Positions 25,697-35,078 of a stretch of DNA of 37,425 nt are shown here, one piece after another. The notes under the pieces are model-generated. The model did no database searches. It worked only from the letters and a program-made list of their open reading frames with translations, and was not told the DNA's origin. The stretch is taken from the IMG/VR virus record IMGVR_UViG_3300045988_057782, positions 1 through 37,425 of that record; one strand, 5' to 3'. This DNA comes from a virus. How positions within the stretch are numbered: position 1 is the stretch's first letter; each line of letters opens with the position of its first letter. Both the position numbers and the translations under genes were made by a program.

Positions 25697-26918
25697 AAAC
25701 TTTGGAAGAGCAATAAAAAATAGCTTTACTTGGGGAGAAACTGAACAAGGTTGGCAAACAATAAATATAAGCGATGGAAAAAACGTTGAAAGTCTTATAA
25801 GGACATCAAATACATCAGAAATAACTTATTATATTTGCCTAAAGATCCTTAGTGAGTCCATAGGTAAGTTATCAATCCACTTGAAAGATGGCGAAGGAAT
25901 AAAAATTACTGATAGCGATATAAATCATCTCTTAAAAGTAAGACCAAATCCCTTTATGACTCCTACAGACTTTAAAACTTTGATGGAATTTAACCGAAAC
26001 CACTACGGAAATGCTTATGCCTTGATAGAAACCAACGGCAATAAAAGAGTTGGACTCCATCCACTAGACCCTAGAAAGGTTAAAGTAGTCGTTGACGATG
26101 ACCACATACTTAGCCACAAGACAAAATACTACTACAAATATACCGACAAAGGCAAAGACTACTACTATCAAGACAAGGAAATCATCCACTTAAAGGGTGG
26201 ACTGTCACGAGATGGAATAGTGGGAACATCAATAGCGGAAGAACTTGCAGGGACTATAAGGGGATCCATAGAAGCACAAAAGTATTTAAATGATTTATAC
26301 TCAAGAGGACTTACTGCCAATGCAATCCTTGAATACACTGGAGAACTTAACAAGGAAAAGAAAAAAGAACTTGTAAGGACTATAACAGAATTTGTAAGGG
26401 ATAAGGACAACGGGAACATAGTGCCAATACCACTAGGAATGAAACTTACTCCACTAGACATCAAACTTACAGATGCACAATTTTTTGAACTTAGGAAGTT
26501 TACAGGCTTACAAATAGCCGCCGCATTTGGAATAAAACCAAACCAATTAAATAACTATGACAAGTCAAGTTACAACTCATCAGAGATGCAAAACTTGACT
26601 TTTTTAATTGACACGCTCTTAGTGATACTTAAGAAATACGAAGAAGAATTTGATTACAAACTCTTATTTGAAGATGAAATCAACAAGGGAGTACACACTG
26701 AATTTAACGTAGCGACTATCCTAAGAGGGGACCTTAAATCTCAATCAGAGGCTCTACAAAAGTATGTATCAGGTGGAATTTACACTCCAAATGAAGCGAG
26801 AGCTTACTCTGGTATGCCTAAGATTGATGGTGGAGATGTCCTTATGGTTAATGGTACTTATGTGCCAATTGATGATATAGGAAAAGCTTACGAGAAAGGT
26901 GGTGAGAAAAGTGATTAA
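25674..26918 (+). CDS. Portal protein (HK97 family)
   Basis: 414 aa. Sits between the terminase and the prohead protease. Confidence 0.85.
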   Translation: MKKMGIIKNFGRAIKNSFTWGETEQGWQTINISDGKNVESLIRTSNTSEITYYICLKILSESIGKLSIHLKDGEGIKITDSDINHLLKVRPNPFMTPTDFKTLMEFNRNHYGNAYALIETNGNKRVGLHPLDPRKVKVVVDDDHILSHKTKYYYKYTDKGKDYYYQDKEIIHLKGGLSRDGIVGTSIAEELAGTIRGSIEAQKYLNDLYSRGLTANAILEYTGELNKEKKKELVRTITEFVRDKDNGNIVPIPLGMKLTPLDIKLTDAQFFELRKFTGLQIAAAFGIKPNQLNNYDKSSYNSSEMQNLTFLIDTLLVILKKYEEEFDYKLLFEDEINKGVHTEFNVATILRGDLKSQSEALQKYVSGGIYTPNEARAYSGMPKIDGGDVLMVNGTYVPIDDIGKAYEKGGEKSD

Positions 26919-27591
26919 AGTTAGAAATGATGCAGACAAAACTACAATTTTTGTAAGTGGTGATATAGTTGACGATGCTTGGAAAGGCTGGTCTTGGGGT
27001 GACGAGGTAGAAACCTACCCACAGGATATAAGGGATCTTTTGAAAGATGCCAAGAAAAACATCGATGTAGTTATATCATCTGGTGGCGGTGATCTCTTTG
27101 CAGGTATGGCAATTAGCAATATGCTACAAAGACACGAGGGACACACAAAAGCCATCATAGATGGACTTGCAGCATCTGCCGCATCGATTATAGCCTTTGG
27201 ATGTGACGAAATTGAGATGCCGTCAAATGCTTACTTGATGATACACAAGCCTATGGTGGGAGTTATGGGAAACTCCGAGGACCTACTTAAGTGGGCAGAA
27301 ACCCTAGACGAACTCCAAAAAGGACTTGTAGAAACCTACATGACAAAGGTGCTTGAAGGTAAGACATCGGAAGAAATCAACAACTTAATAGACAAAGAAA
27401 CTTGGCTCACTGGCAAATCTGCAAGTGAGATTTTTAATATCCAGGTTACAAACGCATCAAGTGTGAAAAATGACTTTGGAACATCCGTCTTAAACTACAA
27501 GCACACTCCAAAGGAATTGATTAAAAACACAGACGATGATGAAGAAGAAAGAAAGCTTAAAGAAATTGAAATCGCTATGGCGATGAACTAA
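26911..27591 (+). CDS. ClpP-family prohead protease
   Basis: ClpP-like core (GGGDLFAGMAISN, AASAASIIAFGCD). GTG start at 26911 with GGTGGTGA RBS; the track start at 26899 is also possible. Confidence 0.8.
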   Translation: MIKVRNDADKTTIFVSGDIVDDAWKGWSWGDEVETYPQDIRDLLKDAKKNIDVVISSGGGDLFAGMAISNMLQRHEGHTKAIIDGLAASAASIIAFGCDEIEMPSNAYLMIHKPMVGVMGNSEDLLKWAETLDELQKGLVETYMTKVLEGKTSEEINNLIDKETWLTGKSASEIFNIQVTNASSVKNDFGTSVLNYKHTPKELIKNTDDDEEERKLKEIEIAMAMN

Positions 27592-27607
27592 AGAAAAGAG
27601 GTAAAAA

Positions 27608-28738
27608 ATGTTAAAAAGCGTAGAAATTAAAAACAAAATCGTAAATATCAAAAACGATATGAAAGCTCTACAAGAGCAAGGAAAAGTCGACGAAGCACAC
27701 GCAAAAATCGAACTTTTAAATCAAGCAAGAAAAGAACTTGAAATCGCACTTGAAGAAGAAAAAGAAGAATTTAAAAACATCGTAGAAAATGGCAAAGAAG
27801 TAGGAACTCCTAAGGCTAAAATTGATGTAAACAAGGTATTTAACAAGCTTGTAATGGGAAAACCAGTTACTGAAGCTGAAATGGAAGTTTATAACATTGG
27901 AACTCCAGGTCAAGTAGAACATACACCAGAAAAGGGTGGTTACCTAGTACCTGAAGAACAAGCAAACACACTAAAAGAACTTAGAAGAACTCAAATTACC
28001 CTAAAAGATTATTGTAACGTAGTACCTGTAAATACAATGTCTGGTAAATTTCCAGTAGCAACAGACCAAAAGGGACTTTTAACTAACTTTGAAGAACTGA
28101 CAGAAATTGGACAATCTGAAATCACATTTGCTCAACAATCCTGGGAGGTTAAGGACTACGGAGATATTATCCCAGTATCTAACACACTTTTAGAAGATAC
28201 TAATCTACCACTTGTAGAAATCATTGGATCTAACTTTGTAAAAAAATCAGTTAACACAGAAAACGCTGAAATTTTAAAATTATTAAAGGCTGTTAAGACT
28301 AAAGTGACTGGTAAAGGCTATAAAGATATTGTTACAGCTCTAAACGTTAAATTGGACCCAGCAATTGCTAACACAGCAGTAATTGTTACTAATCAATCAG
28401 GTTTTGACTACCTTGATACACTAGAAGACGGAAATGGAAGACCACTTTTAACAACTGATTTAACTGATTCAACTAAAAAACTATTAAAAGGTAAGAGAGT
28501 CCTTGTTTTAACAGATGAAATGCTACCACAAGATGCTAAAAAGTATCCTTTCTACGTAGGAGATCTTAAAGAGTTTGCAAACTTTTACGACAGAAAAGGT
28601 ATAGAAATTGCAAGATCCACTGAAGCAGGATTCACAAAAAATGCAACTCTATTAAGAACTATTGAAAGATTTGATGTAAAAACAGTAGATGCTGAAGCTG
28701 TAGTTTACGTAACAATTCCTGAACCGACAGCAGCTTAA
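27608..28738 (+). CDS. Major capsid protein (HK97 fold) with N-terminal coiled-coil delta domain
   Basis: 376 aa. Coiled-coil scaffold-like N-terminus. Follows the protease. Confidence 0.85.
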   Translation: MLKSVEIKNKIVNIKNDMKALQEQGKVDEAHAKIELLNQARKELEIALEEEKEEFKNIVENGKEVGTPKAKIDVNKVFNKLVMGKPVTEAEMEVYNIGTPGQVEHTPEKGGYLVPEEQANTLKELRRTQITLKDYCNVVPVNTMSGKFPVATDQKGLLTNFEELTEIGQSEITFAQQSWEVKDYGDIIPVSNTLLEDTNLPLVEIIGSNFVKKSVNTENAEILKLLKAVKTKVTGKGYKDIVTALNVKLDPAIANTAVIVTNQSGFDYLDTLEDGNGRPLLTTDLTDSTKKLLKGKRVLVLTDEMLPQDAKKYPFYVGDLKEFANFYDRKGIEIARSTEAGFTKNATLLRTIERFDVKTVDAEAVVYVTIPEPTAA

Positions 28739-28755
28739 AGAAAAGGGGGTAAATT

Positions 28756-29040
28756 ATGACCCTTGAAGATGTAAAAAATTATCTGCGAGTGACTTACGAT
28801 GATGATGATGGCTACCTAACTAAATTAATGCAGGTAGCCGAAGATTATCTCGTAGCTGGAGTAACTGATTATCTCAAGAAAAAGGAAAATGACCACTTTA
28901 AGGCAAGGGCTGAAATAGTCAAGCTTGTAATCATACAAAATCTATATGATGAGAGGTATATGATGGGGCAAGCCCTTGAAATGAACTACATCGTAAGAAG
29001 TATGATAACTCAATTAGAGTATGGTGATGCAAATGTATAA
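28756..29040 (+). CDS. Head-tail connector (gp6-like)
   Basis: Size, position and the LEDVKNYLRV start typical of this family. Confidence 0.6.
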   Translation: MTLEDVKNYLRVTYDDDDGYLTKLMQVAEDYLVAGVTDYLKKKENDHFKARAEIVKLVIIQNLYDERYMMGQALEMNYIVRSMITQLEYGDANV

Positions 29041-29371
29041 CCCAGGAAGAAACCGAGTAAAAGTTGAATTTTATGACAGGTCAGAAACGGAAGATGTCTT
29101 AAACGATGTAGGAGAATATGAACAAAAACCTAAGCTTATATGTAAGGACTGGGTGGAACTCATACCTACAACGGGAAGAGAATTTTTGCAAAATAGAAAG
29201 TCTGAAAGTGATATGACTTACAGATTTAAGATGCGAAAAAGAATGGATATCGAAGTTAATGACTATGTAGAATTTAACGGAATTAGGGCAGAAATCATCT
29301 ACATCGCACCCTTTATTGAGCCTACTATCCAAAATAGGTATATGGAAGTGGTGGTCCTATGGCACAGTTAA
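29021..29371 (+). CDS. Head closure / head-tail joining protein
   Basis: Position and size. Confidence 0.5.
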   Translation: MVMQMYNPGRNRVKVEFYDRSETEDVLNDVGEYEQKPKLICKDWVELIPTTGREFLQNRKSESDMTYRFKMRKRMDIEVNDYVEFNGIRAEIIYIAPFIEPTIQNRYMEVVVLWHS

Positions 29372-29796
29372 CAGAAATTAAAGGACTGGATAAGTTTGCG
29401 GACAAGTTAAGGCTCTTGGAGAAAAAAGCACCAGGCTTAATCATAGATAGGTATGACAAGCTTGGAAAAAAAGTTGTAAAAGAGTTAAAGTCCGCCACTC
29501 CAGTATCTAACATTGCCAAAAAACCTAGTCAAAGGTTAAAAGGCAAATGGACTGCTGAACCTACCACTAAAGAGCAAGGTGTCTATGTCAAGAGAATTAG
29601 AAACAAGTCACCAATCTTTGGAGTAGTGGAAAGAGGACACCGAGTTGGAAGGCGAGGAAATCCAAAAGAGAAAAAAGGCAAGGACTATGTAGAGGGTAAA
29701 TTTTTCTACAAGAAGAAGATGGACCAGTTAGGTCCAGAGATAATCGCAGAGCAAGAAAAAATGATAGATGAACTCTTTGACGAGGTGTTTGGATGA
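29359..29796 (+). CDS. HK97 gp10-family tail-component protein
   Basis: Position and a basic C-terminal region. Confidence 0.6.
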   Translation: MAQLTEIKGLDKFADKLRLLEKKAPGLIIDRYDKLGKKVVKELKSATPVSNIAKKPSQRLKGKWTAEPTTKEQGVYVKRIRNKSPIFGVVERGHRVGRRGNPKEKKGKDYVEGKFFYKKKMDQLGPEIIAEQEKMIDELFDEVFG

Positions 29797-30227
29797 TAAA
29801 AGGAAAAGACCTCAAGAGAGGTATCACAAAGAAAATCCATGAGAATTTTAAGGAAAAAGTATTAAAAAGTGAGGCACAATATGACTTGGGTGAGCCTTAT
29901 TTTTTTGTTTATTTTGAAACTTTTGAGAGGGAATCCTACTCAAATACTAACGATTATGTCAACTATGGAGTAGTAGTCCAGTATCAAAAGGCAGACAAAA
30001 ACTCACTTATGGAAATAGGGGATAAACTCTCTGAAATCTTTAATTACAGCTTAAAGATTGATGACCTATACCTACTAATTACCAATAATTCCTGGTATAT
30101 AGAGGATAATGCCCTATTTTTCACTTTTGAATTAGGTTTCTATGTGGATAAATTGAAAAAAGACATTAATTATGAATTAATGCAAGAACTATATATGAAA
30201 TACGAAAGGGGAGATATAAATGGCTAA
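29793..30227 (+). CDS. Tail completion protein (XkdJ position)
   Basis: Positional only. Confidence 0.45.
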   Translation: MIKGKDLKRGITKKIHENFKEKVLKSEAQYDLGEPYFFVYFETFERESYSNTNDYVNYGVVVQYQKADKNSLMEIGDKLSEIFNYSLKIDDLYLLITNNSWYIEDNALFFTFELGFYVDKLKKDINYELMQELYMKYERGDING

Positions 30228-31329
30228 ATTAGGCTTACCATATCTACACATACGCTTTATTGAACAAGGTACTGCTAGAATTGGCAGAAGTGTAAGAGGT
30301 ATTGTTGCCCTAGTCCTCCAAGAAAAGCAAATGAAGGGGACTTATGACATCTATACGGCATCAGATATACCTAAAGAACTATCTGAAAAGAACAGAGAAC
30401 AAGTTGAGTTAGCACTTATAGGCTATCAAAAGACACCTAAAAAGCTAATTGTAGTAGTGGAACAATCTGAAACTGCTGACAAACCTAAATTTGATGTAAC
30501 TACCGAAGCTTTTAAGATGCTTGAAACTCTTAGATGGGACTATCTTGCAGTGCCTTTTGCAGATGAGACAGACAGTGAAAAGATTGCAACTTGGATAAAA
30601 ACACTTAATGACAATAAGGATAAAAGATGCAAATTTGTTGCAGCCAACGTCGATGCTGACAACAAGAAAATCATCAACTTTACAATGCCAAGTGTTAGCA
30701 CAAGATCCAAAGAATATAAGACAAATGAGTACACATCAAGAATCGCAGGTCTTATAGCAGGTACACCAATGCAAATTGCTTGTACTTATGCACCACTACC
30801 AGAACTTAAGGCTTGTACTCACTACACACAAGAGGAGATAGGTCAAAAGATTGGCAAGGGTGAATTTGTACTCTTAAACGATGGCGAAAAAATCAAGGTA
30901 GCAAGAGGAGTTAACTCTCTTGTAACTACAAGTCAAATTGAAGGGGAGTCCTTTAGAAAAATTAAGATAGTAGACATCATGGATGCTATGGCAGATGACA
31001 TACAATGGGCAGCACAAGACTCTTATATTGGTAAGTATGCCAACTCTTACGACAATAAGGTACTTTTAATGTCAGCGATTAAGGGTTACATGGAAATCCT
31101 TGAAAATGACGGATTATTAGCTAAAGGCTCATCTCACGTAGAAATCAACATCGAAGCACAAAAAGCCTTCTTAAAGTCTATGGGTTATGAAACAGTTGAC
31201 GGAAGAAATGTAGACGAAATGGATCTTAAGGAAATCAAGGAAGCTGATACAAAAGACAAGGTATTTATCAAGGCTTACTGTAAAATCCTTGATGCTATCG
31301 AAGAAATCGAACTTGATGTAGTAATTTAA
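30220..31329 (+). CDS. Tail sheath protein (XkdK-like)
   Basis: 369 aa with an MAKLGLPYLHI start. Directly upstream of the tube gene. Confidence 0.8.
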   Translation: MAKLGLPYLHIRFIEQGTARIGRSVRGIVALVLQEKQMKGTYDIYTASDIPKELSEKNREQVELALIGYQKTPKKLIVVVEQSETADKPKFDVTTEAFKMLETLRWDYLAVPFADETDSEKIATWIKTLNDNKDKRCKFVAANVDADNKKIINFTMPSVSTRSKEYKTNEYTSRIAGLIAGTPMQIACTYAPLPELKACTHYTQEEIGQKIGKGEFVLLNDGEKIKVARGVNSLVTTSQIEGESFRKIKIVDIMDAMADDIQWAAQDSYIGKYANSYDNKVLLMSAIKGYMEILENDGLLAKGSSHVEINIEAQKAFLKSMGYETVDGRNVDEMDLKEIKEADTKDKVFIKAYCKILDAIEEIELDVVI

Positions 31330-31340
31330 GGGGTGGAAAT

Positions 31341-31778
31341 ATGATAAGAGATATACAAGATGAACAAGTCATAAACGGGACTTTCGGTGAGGTGTGGGTG
31401 GAGGACACGTATCTAGCCACACTTACAAAGTTTGAAGCTAAGGTAGCTATGACAAATGGCGATATTTTAAGACCTAGAGACCTTTGGAAAGGAAAGAAAC
31501 TCCTAGAACTTGAAGGCTCTGGATCCTTAACAATGGGAAAATACTCATCAATTGGAATCCAATTAATGCACACTAAGTTGTCACAAGGAAGAACTCCAGT
31601 TGTAAAAATCATGGGTAAACTAGATGACCCAACTGCTTTGGGAGCGGAAAGAATAATGTTAAAGAATGTAACTTTTTCAGAATTGACACTATTTGACTTC
31701 GAGCACGCTAAGGCTTTGGAAGAAACAATCCCATTTAACTTTAGACATTATGAACTATATGACTTTATAGAGGAGTGA
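31341..31778 (+). CDS. Tail tube protein (XkdM-like)
   Basis: 145 aa, between the sheath and the chaperone. Confidence 0.7.
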   Translation: MIRDIQDEQVINGTFGEVWVEDTYLATLTKFEAKVAMTNGDILRPRDLWKGKKLLELEGSGSLTMGKYSSIGIQLMHTKLSQGRTPVVKIMGKLDDPTALGAERIMLKNVTFSELTLFDFEHAKALEETIPFNFRHYELYDFIEE

Positions 31779-31782
31779 TGAA

Positions 31783-32193
31783 ATGAACGCAGTAGAAAAA
31801 TTAATGCAATTTGATGCCGGCAAGGTACAAATGCCAAAGAGCGAAAAGAAAATAAGACTAAATAAACTGGGTGGGGAAGAATTTATTTTCCCTATCCAGG
31901 CTTTAGATCCAGCGCTAGCAGGGGAAATTTCTGAAAACATGATGGACATTACAATGCGTAAGGGCAATAGTGCCAAGGTTAATCTTATAAGATACCAAGC
32001 ACAACTACGCACAATCGTAGAGGGTTGCCCTGATGTATTTAAAAATCAAGACCTACAAAAGAGATTTGGGGCAAAGACACCTAATGAACTTGTAGAAAAG
32101 CTTATGCTATCTGGCGAAATGGATATCCTTTCAGGTGCAATTGAAGACCTATCAGGATATGAGGACGAAGAAAGCAAAGTAAAAAACTCATAG
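31783..32193 (+). CDS. Tail assembly chaperone (XkdN-like), short zero-frame product
   Basis: Position upstream of the tape measure gene. Ends just after an A_AAA_AAC slippery site. Confidence 0.65.
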   Translation: MNAVEKLMQFDAGKVQMPKSEKKIRLNKLGGEEFIFPIQALDPALAGEISENMMDITMRKGNSAKVNLIRYQAQLRTIVEGCPDVFKNQDLQKRFGAKTPNELVEKLMLSGEMDILSGAIEDLSGYEDEESKVKNS

Positions 32194-32372
32194 ACTCCAA
32201 TCCACATGTGCAGACTGCTTATTGGCTGTACAAAGAAAAGGGTTGGAGTCCCTATAAATACCTTAAGATGCCCTATGGAGAAAAAGTAATCACCAGGGCA
32301 TTTTTTCTAAGGGAAATAGAAGAGTTAGAGAAAGAACAAAAGGAATTGGAGGACTTATATGGCGAAAAGTAG
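31783..32372 (+). CDS. Tail assembly chaperone, long product made by a -1 programmed frameshift at A_AAA_AAC (32181-32187); extension runs to 32372
   Basis: The heptamer is in the correct X_XXY_YYZ phase. The -1 frame is open for 61 codons with no stops and ends 14 nt into the tape measure gene. Confidence 0.5.
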
Positions 32373-34458
32373 AATATATGATGCAACTTTGCGACTTGTA
32401 GACAAGTTTTCCAAGCCTCTTGAAACTATGGATAGGCACTTGACCAAGTTTGAAAAGCACTATAAACAGACTGGTAAAAGCCTGTGGGCAACTGGTAAAA
32501 GTCTTGATGGTCTAGGAAAAGCAATGACTAAGAGTGTTACAGCTCCTATTGTTGCAGTTGGAGCATTAAGTACCAAAGCTTGGAAAGAAGTAGATGAAGC
32601 ACTTGATACCATAGCAACAAAAACTGGTGCAACTGGCAAAGACATGAAGGCCTTTGAGGGGACTTTTAAAAACTTAGCCAACAAGGTCCCAGCTGACCTC
32701 CAAGAAATAGGGGATGCAGTAGGGGAAGTAAATACCCAATTTGGACTTACAGGCAAGGCCTTAGAGGGTGCCTCTGAATATATGATTAAGTTTGCAAAAA
32801 TCAACGGACAAGATATCACACAAGCATCAATACAAGCTAAACAGGCGATGTCTGCTCTAGGAGTTGAGGGTAAAGACCTAGACAAGGTCCTAGATGCAGT
32901 TACTAAGACTGCACAAGACACAGGGCAAGGTACAGACAAGCTTTTTGATGCCCTTGTAAGAGGAGCACCACAACTTAAGAGCCTTAAATTAGACTTTGCC
33001 CAAGCCACTGCCCTTATGGGTAACTTGGAAAAGTCTGGTATTGATACAGGTAAGACCATGTCCTATATGTCTAAGGCACAAGTTGCCTTTGCTAAGGATG
33101 GTAAGGGACTAAGTGAGGGACTTAAGGACCTACAAAAACAACTTGACGGAGCAGGGTCAGACACAGAAAAGCTAAATATTGCAAGTAAATACTTTGGTAC
33201 TAAGGGTGCTACTTTTATGCTTGATGCCATAAATCGTGGAGCCTTAGACTTTAAGAGTTTTGCCAATGCGGCGGAATTAGCTAAGGGCTCTGTATCTGCT
33301 ACCTTTGATGAGACACTAGACCCAATAGACAACTTTAAAAAGTTATTTAATGGCTTAAAAATGGCAGGGGCTGACCTCTTTAATGCCTCAGCTGGTATCT
33401 GGGGACCACTCTTAGAAAAAGCTATAGGTAAGGTCCAACAACTTACTAAGTGGTTTGAGGGTCTATCAGATAAGCAAAAACAAAATATTGTTAAATGGTT
33501 AGGTATGGCGGCGGCAGTTGGACCACTATTAATTGGTTTTGGTAAGATCTTTACACTTGCTGGAAAAGTTAATTTTAAACTTTTTGACTTTGCAAAAGCA
33601 GTTGGTAAGGCTGGCGGTATAACTAAGTGGTTTGGTCAAAGTGGGTTTGGAATACTATTTAAGAGTTTTGGCAAGTTTGGGAAAGTGCTAGGTAAAGGAG
33701 CCTTAGGACTTGGTAAATTTGTCATCGGTCTTGGTCCAGTAGGTTGGGCGATAATGGCGGTCGTTGCGGCGATTATCCTCTTAATTGTCAACTGGAAGAA
33801 AATAAAGCCAGTAGTTATCAAGGTTATAAATGCAGTAGTTAACAAGTTTAACCACTTTAAAGAGGTCGCAGGTAATGTCTTTAATCACATTGTAGAGGTT
33901 ATCAAAGGATTTATTGAGGGTGCAAAAAACTTATTTAATAGCATCATCTCCTTTATAACTGGGACATTCTTAGGTGCTTGGTCCAGTGCTTGGAATGGTG
34001 TAGTTGGGGCATTTAAAACTATATTTAGTGGAGTTAAAACTCTTGTAAAATCAGTAATGAACGGGGTTATAAGCTTTATCAATCGTGGTATTGGTGGACT
34101 TAATAAAATCCAAGTGCCTGACTGGGTACCTTTAGCAGGTGGTAAGGGAATTAACATCCCTTTAATACCTCAACTTGCCAAGGGTACTAACTTCTGGAAG
34201 GGCGGACTTGTACAAGTCCACGAAAGAGGCGGAGAAATTGTTGACTTGCCAAGAGGCTCTAGGGTAATGCCACATGATAAGTCAGTGGCAGAGGCCTACA
34301 AGATGGGCAATACTAAAAACAACAACGTCAACATAACAATCCCTAAGATAGCTGACCAAGTTGTAGTTAGGGAAAATGCTGATATAGACAGGATAGTTAA
34401 TGGGATAGCAAATAAATTAAAAATTGCTAAACAAAATAGGATTGGGGGCTTAACTTAA
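32359..34458 (+). CDS. Tail tape measure protein
   Basis: 699 aa, Ala/Gly/Lys-rich alpha-helical with a hydrophobic segment. Sits after the chaperone pair. Confidence 0.8.
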   Translation: MAKSRIYDATLRLVDKFSKPLETMDRHLTKFEKHYKQTGKSLWATGKSLDGLGKAMTKSVTAPIVAVGALSTKAWKEVDEALDTIATKTGATGKDMKAFEGTFKNLANKVPADLQEIGDAVGEVNTQFGLTGKALEGASEYMIKFAKINGQDITQASIQAKQAMSALGVEGKDLDKVLDAVTKTAQDTGQGTDKLFDALVRGAPQLKSLKLDFAQATALMGNLEKSGIDTGKTMSYMSKAQVAFAKDGKGLSEGLKDLQKQLDGAGSDTEKLNIASKYFGTKGATFMLDAINRGALDFKSFANAAELAKGSVSATFDETLDPIDNFKKLFNGLKMAGADLFNASAGIWGPLLEKAIGKVQQLTKWFEGLSDKQKQNIVKWLGMAAAVGPLLIGFGKIFTLAGKVNFKLFDFAKAVGKAGGITKWFGQSGFGILFKSFGKFGKVLGKGALGLGKFVIGLGPVGWAIMAVVAAIILLIVNWKKIKPVVIKVINAVVNKFNHFKEVAGNVFNHIVEVIKGFIEGAKNLFNSIISFITGTFLGAWSSAWNGVVGAFKTIFSGVKTLVKSVMNGVISFINRGIGGLNKIQVPDWVPLAGGKGINIPLIPQLAKGTNFWKGGLVQVHERGGEIVDLPRGSRVMPHDKSVAEAYKMGNTKNNNVNITIPKIADQVVVRENADIDRIVNGIANKLKIAKQNRIGGLT

Positions 34459-35078
34459 TGGAAGTATGGTTAACACATCAAGGCGAGAGGTTGAGGCTCC
34501 CAATCACTCCCTTTTACAACATAGAGGAGCCACAAAATAATAATACTGAGACCTTAAACGATGTGGGAACCATAAACCTCAAAGGTAAAAAAGGTCTTAG
34601 AAATGCTACAATCGAGAGTTTTTTCCCGAGTAAGGAATATGATTTTTTAGAATCTAGCGACGTTGTCCTAGATCCTTTTTATTATGATGACAAAATAAGA
34701 AATTGGGCGAACTCTGACGAGCCTATAAGACTGATAATCACAGAAACACCTCACAACTTTGAGGTTTTGATTGACAGTTACACCAGTGGAGAACAAGACG
34801 GAACTGGCGATGTCTATTACAGCCTTGCCCTTAGTGAGTACGTAAGGATAGAAGCCACAGAGTATGAGCCACCAGAAATTAAAAGGACAATAAAAGCAAA
34901 TGACATTAAGAGGTTTGCTGGATTGGTGGCACCTACTGCGGCACTTTTGACAATTGGAAAATATGACACACTCTGGACCTTAGGGAAAAAAATCACTGGC
35001 AATGGTAAAAATGGCAAGCAATTACTAAAACAAAGTGGTCTTAAAAAGCTAATTGCGGGGAAAGGTATCAAGCTATGA
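34458..35078 (+). CDS. XkdP-like tail protein with C-terminal LysM-like motif
   Basis: YDTLWTLGKKITGNG resembles the LysM core GDTLWSIAKKYG. Position after the tape measure gene. Confidence 0.55.
   Translation: MEVWLTHQGERLRLPITPFYNIEEPQNNNTETLNDVGTINLKGKKGLRNATIESFFPSKEYDFLESSDVVLDPFYYDDKIRNWANSDEPIRLIITETPHNFEVLIDSYTSGEQDGTGDVYYSLALSEYVRIEATEYEPPEIKRTIKANDIKRFAGLVAPTAALLTIGKYDTLWTLGKKITGNGKNGKQLLKQSGLKKLIAGKGIKL

Noticed and set aside
32460-33059. 199-aa minus-strand ORF, plus minus-strand ORFs at 33063-33332, 33636-33845 and 33885-34157, inside the tape measure gene
   Set aside because: Antisense to a well-supported long gene. No RBS. Composition looks like a mirror of the Ala/Gly-rich sense frame. 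Typical spurious ORFs.
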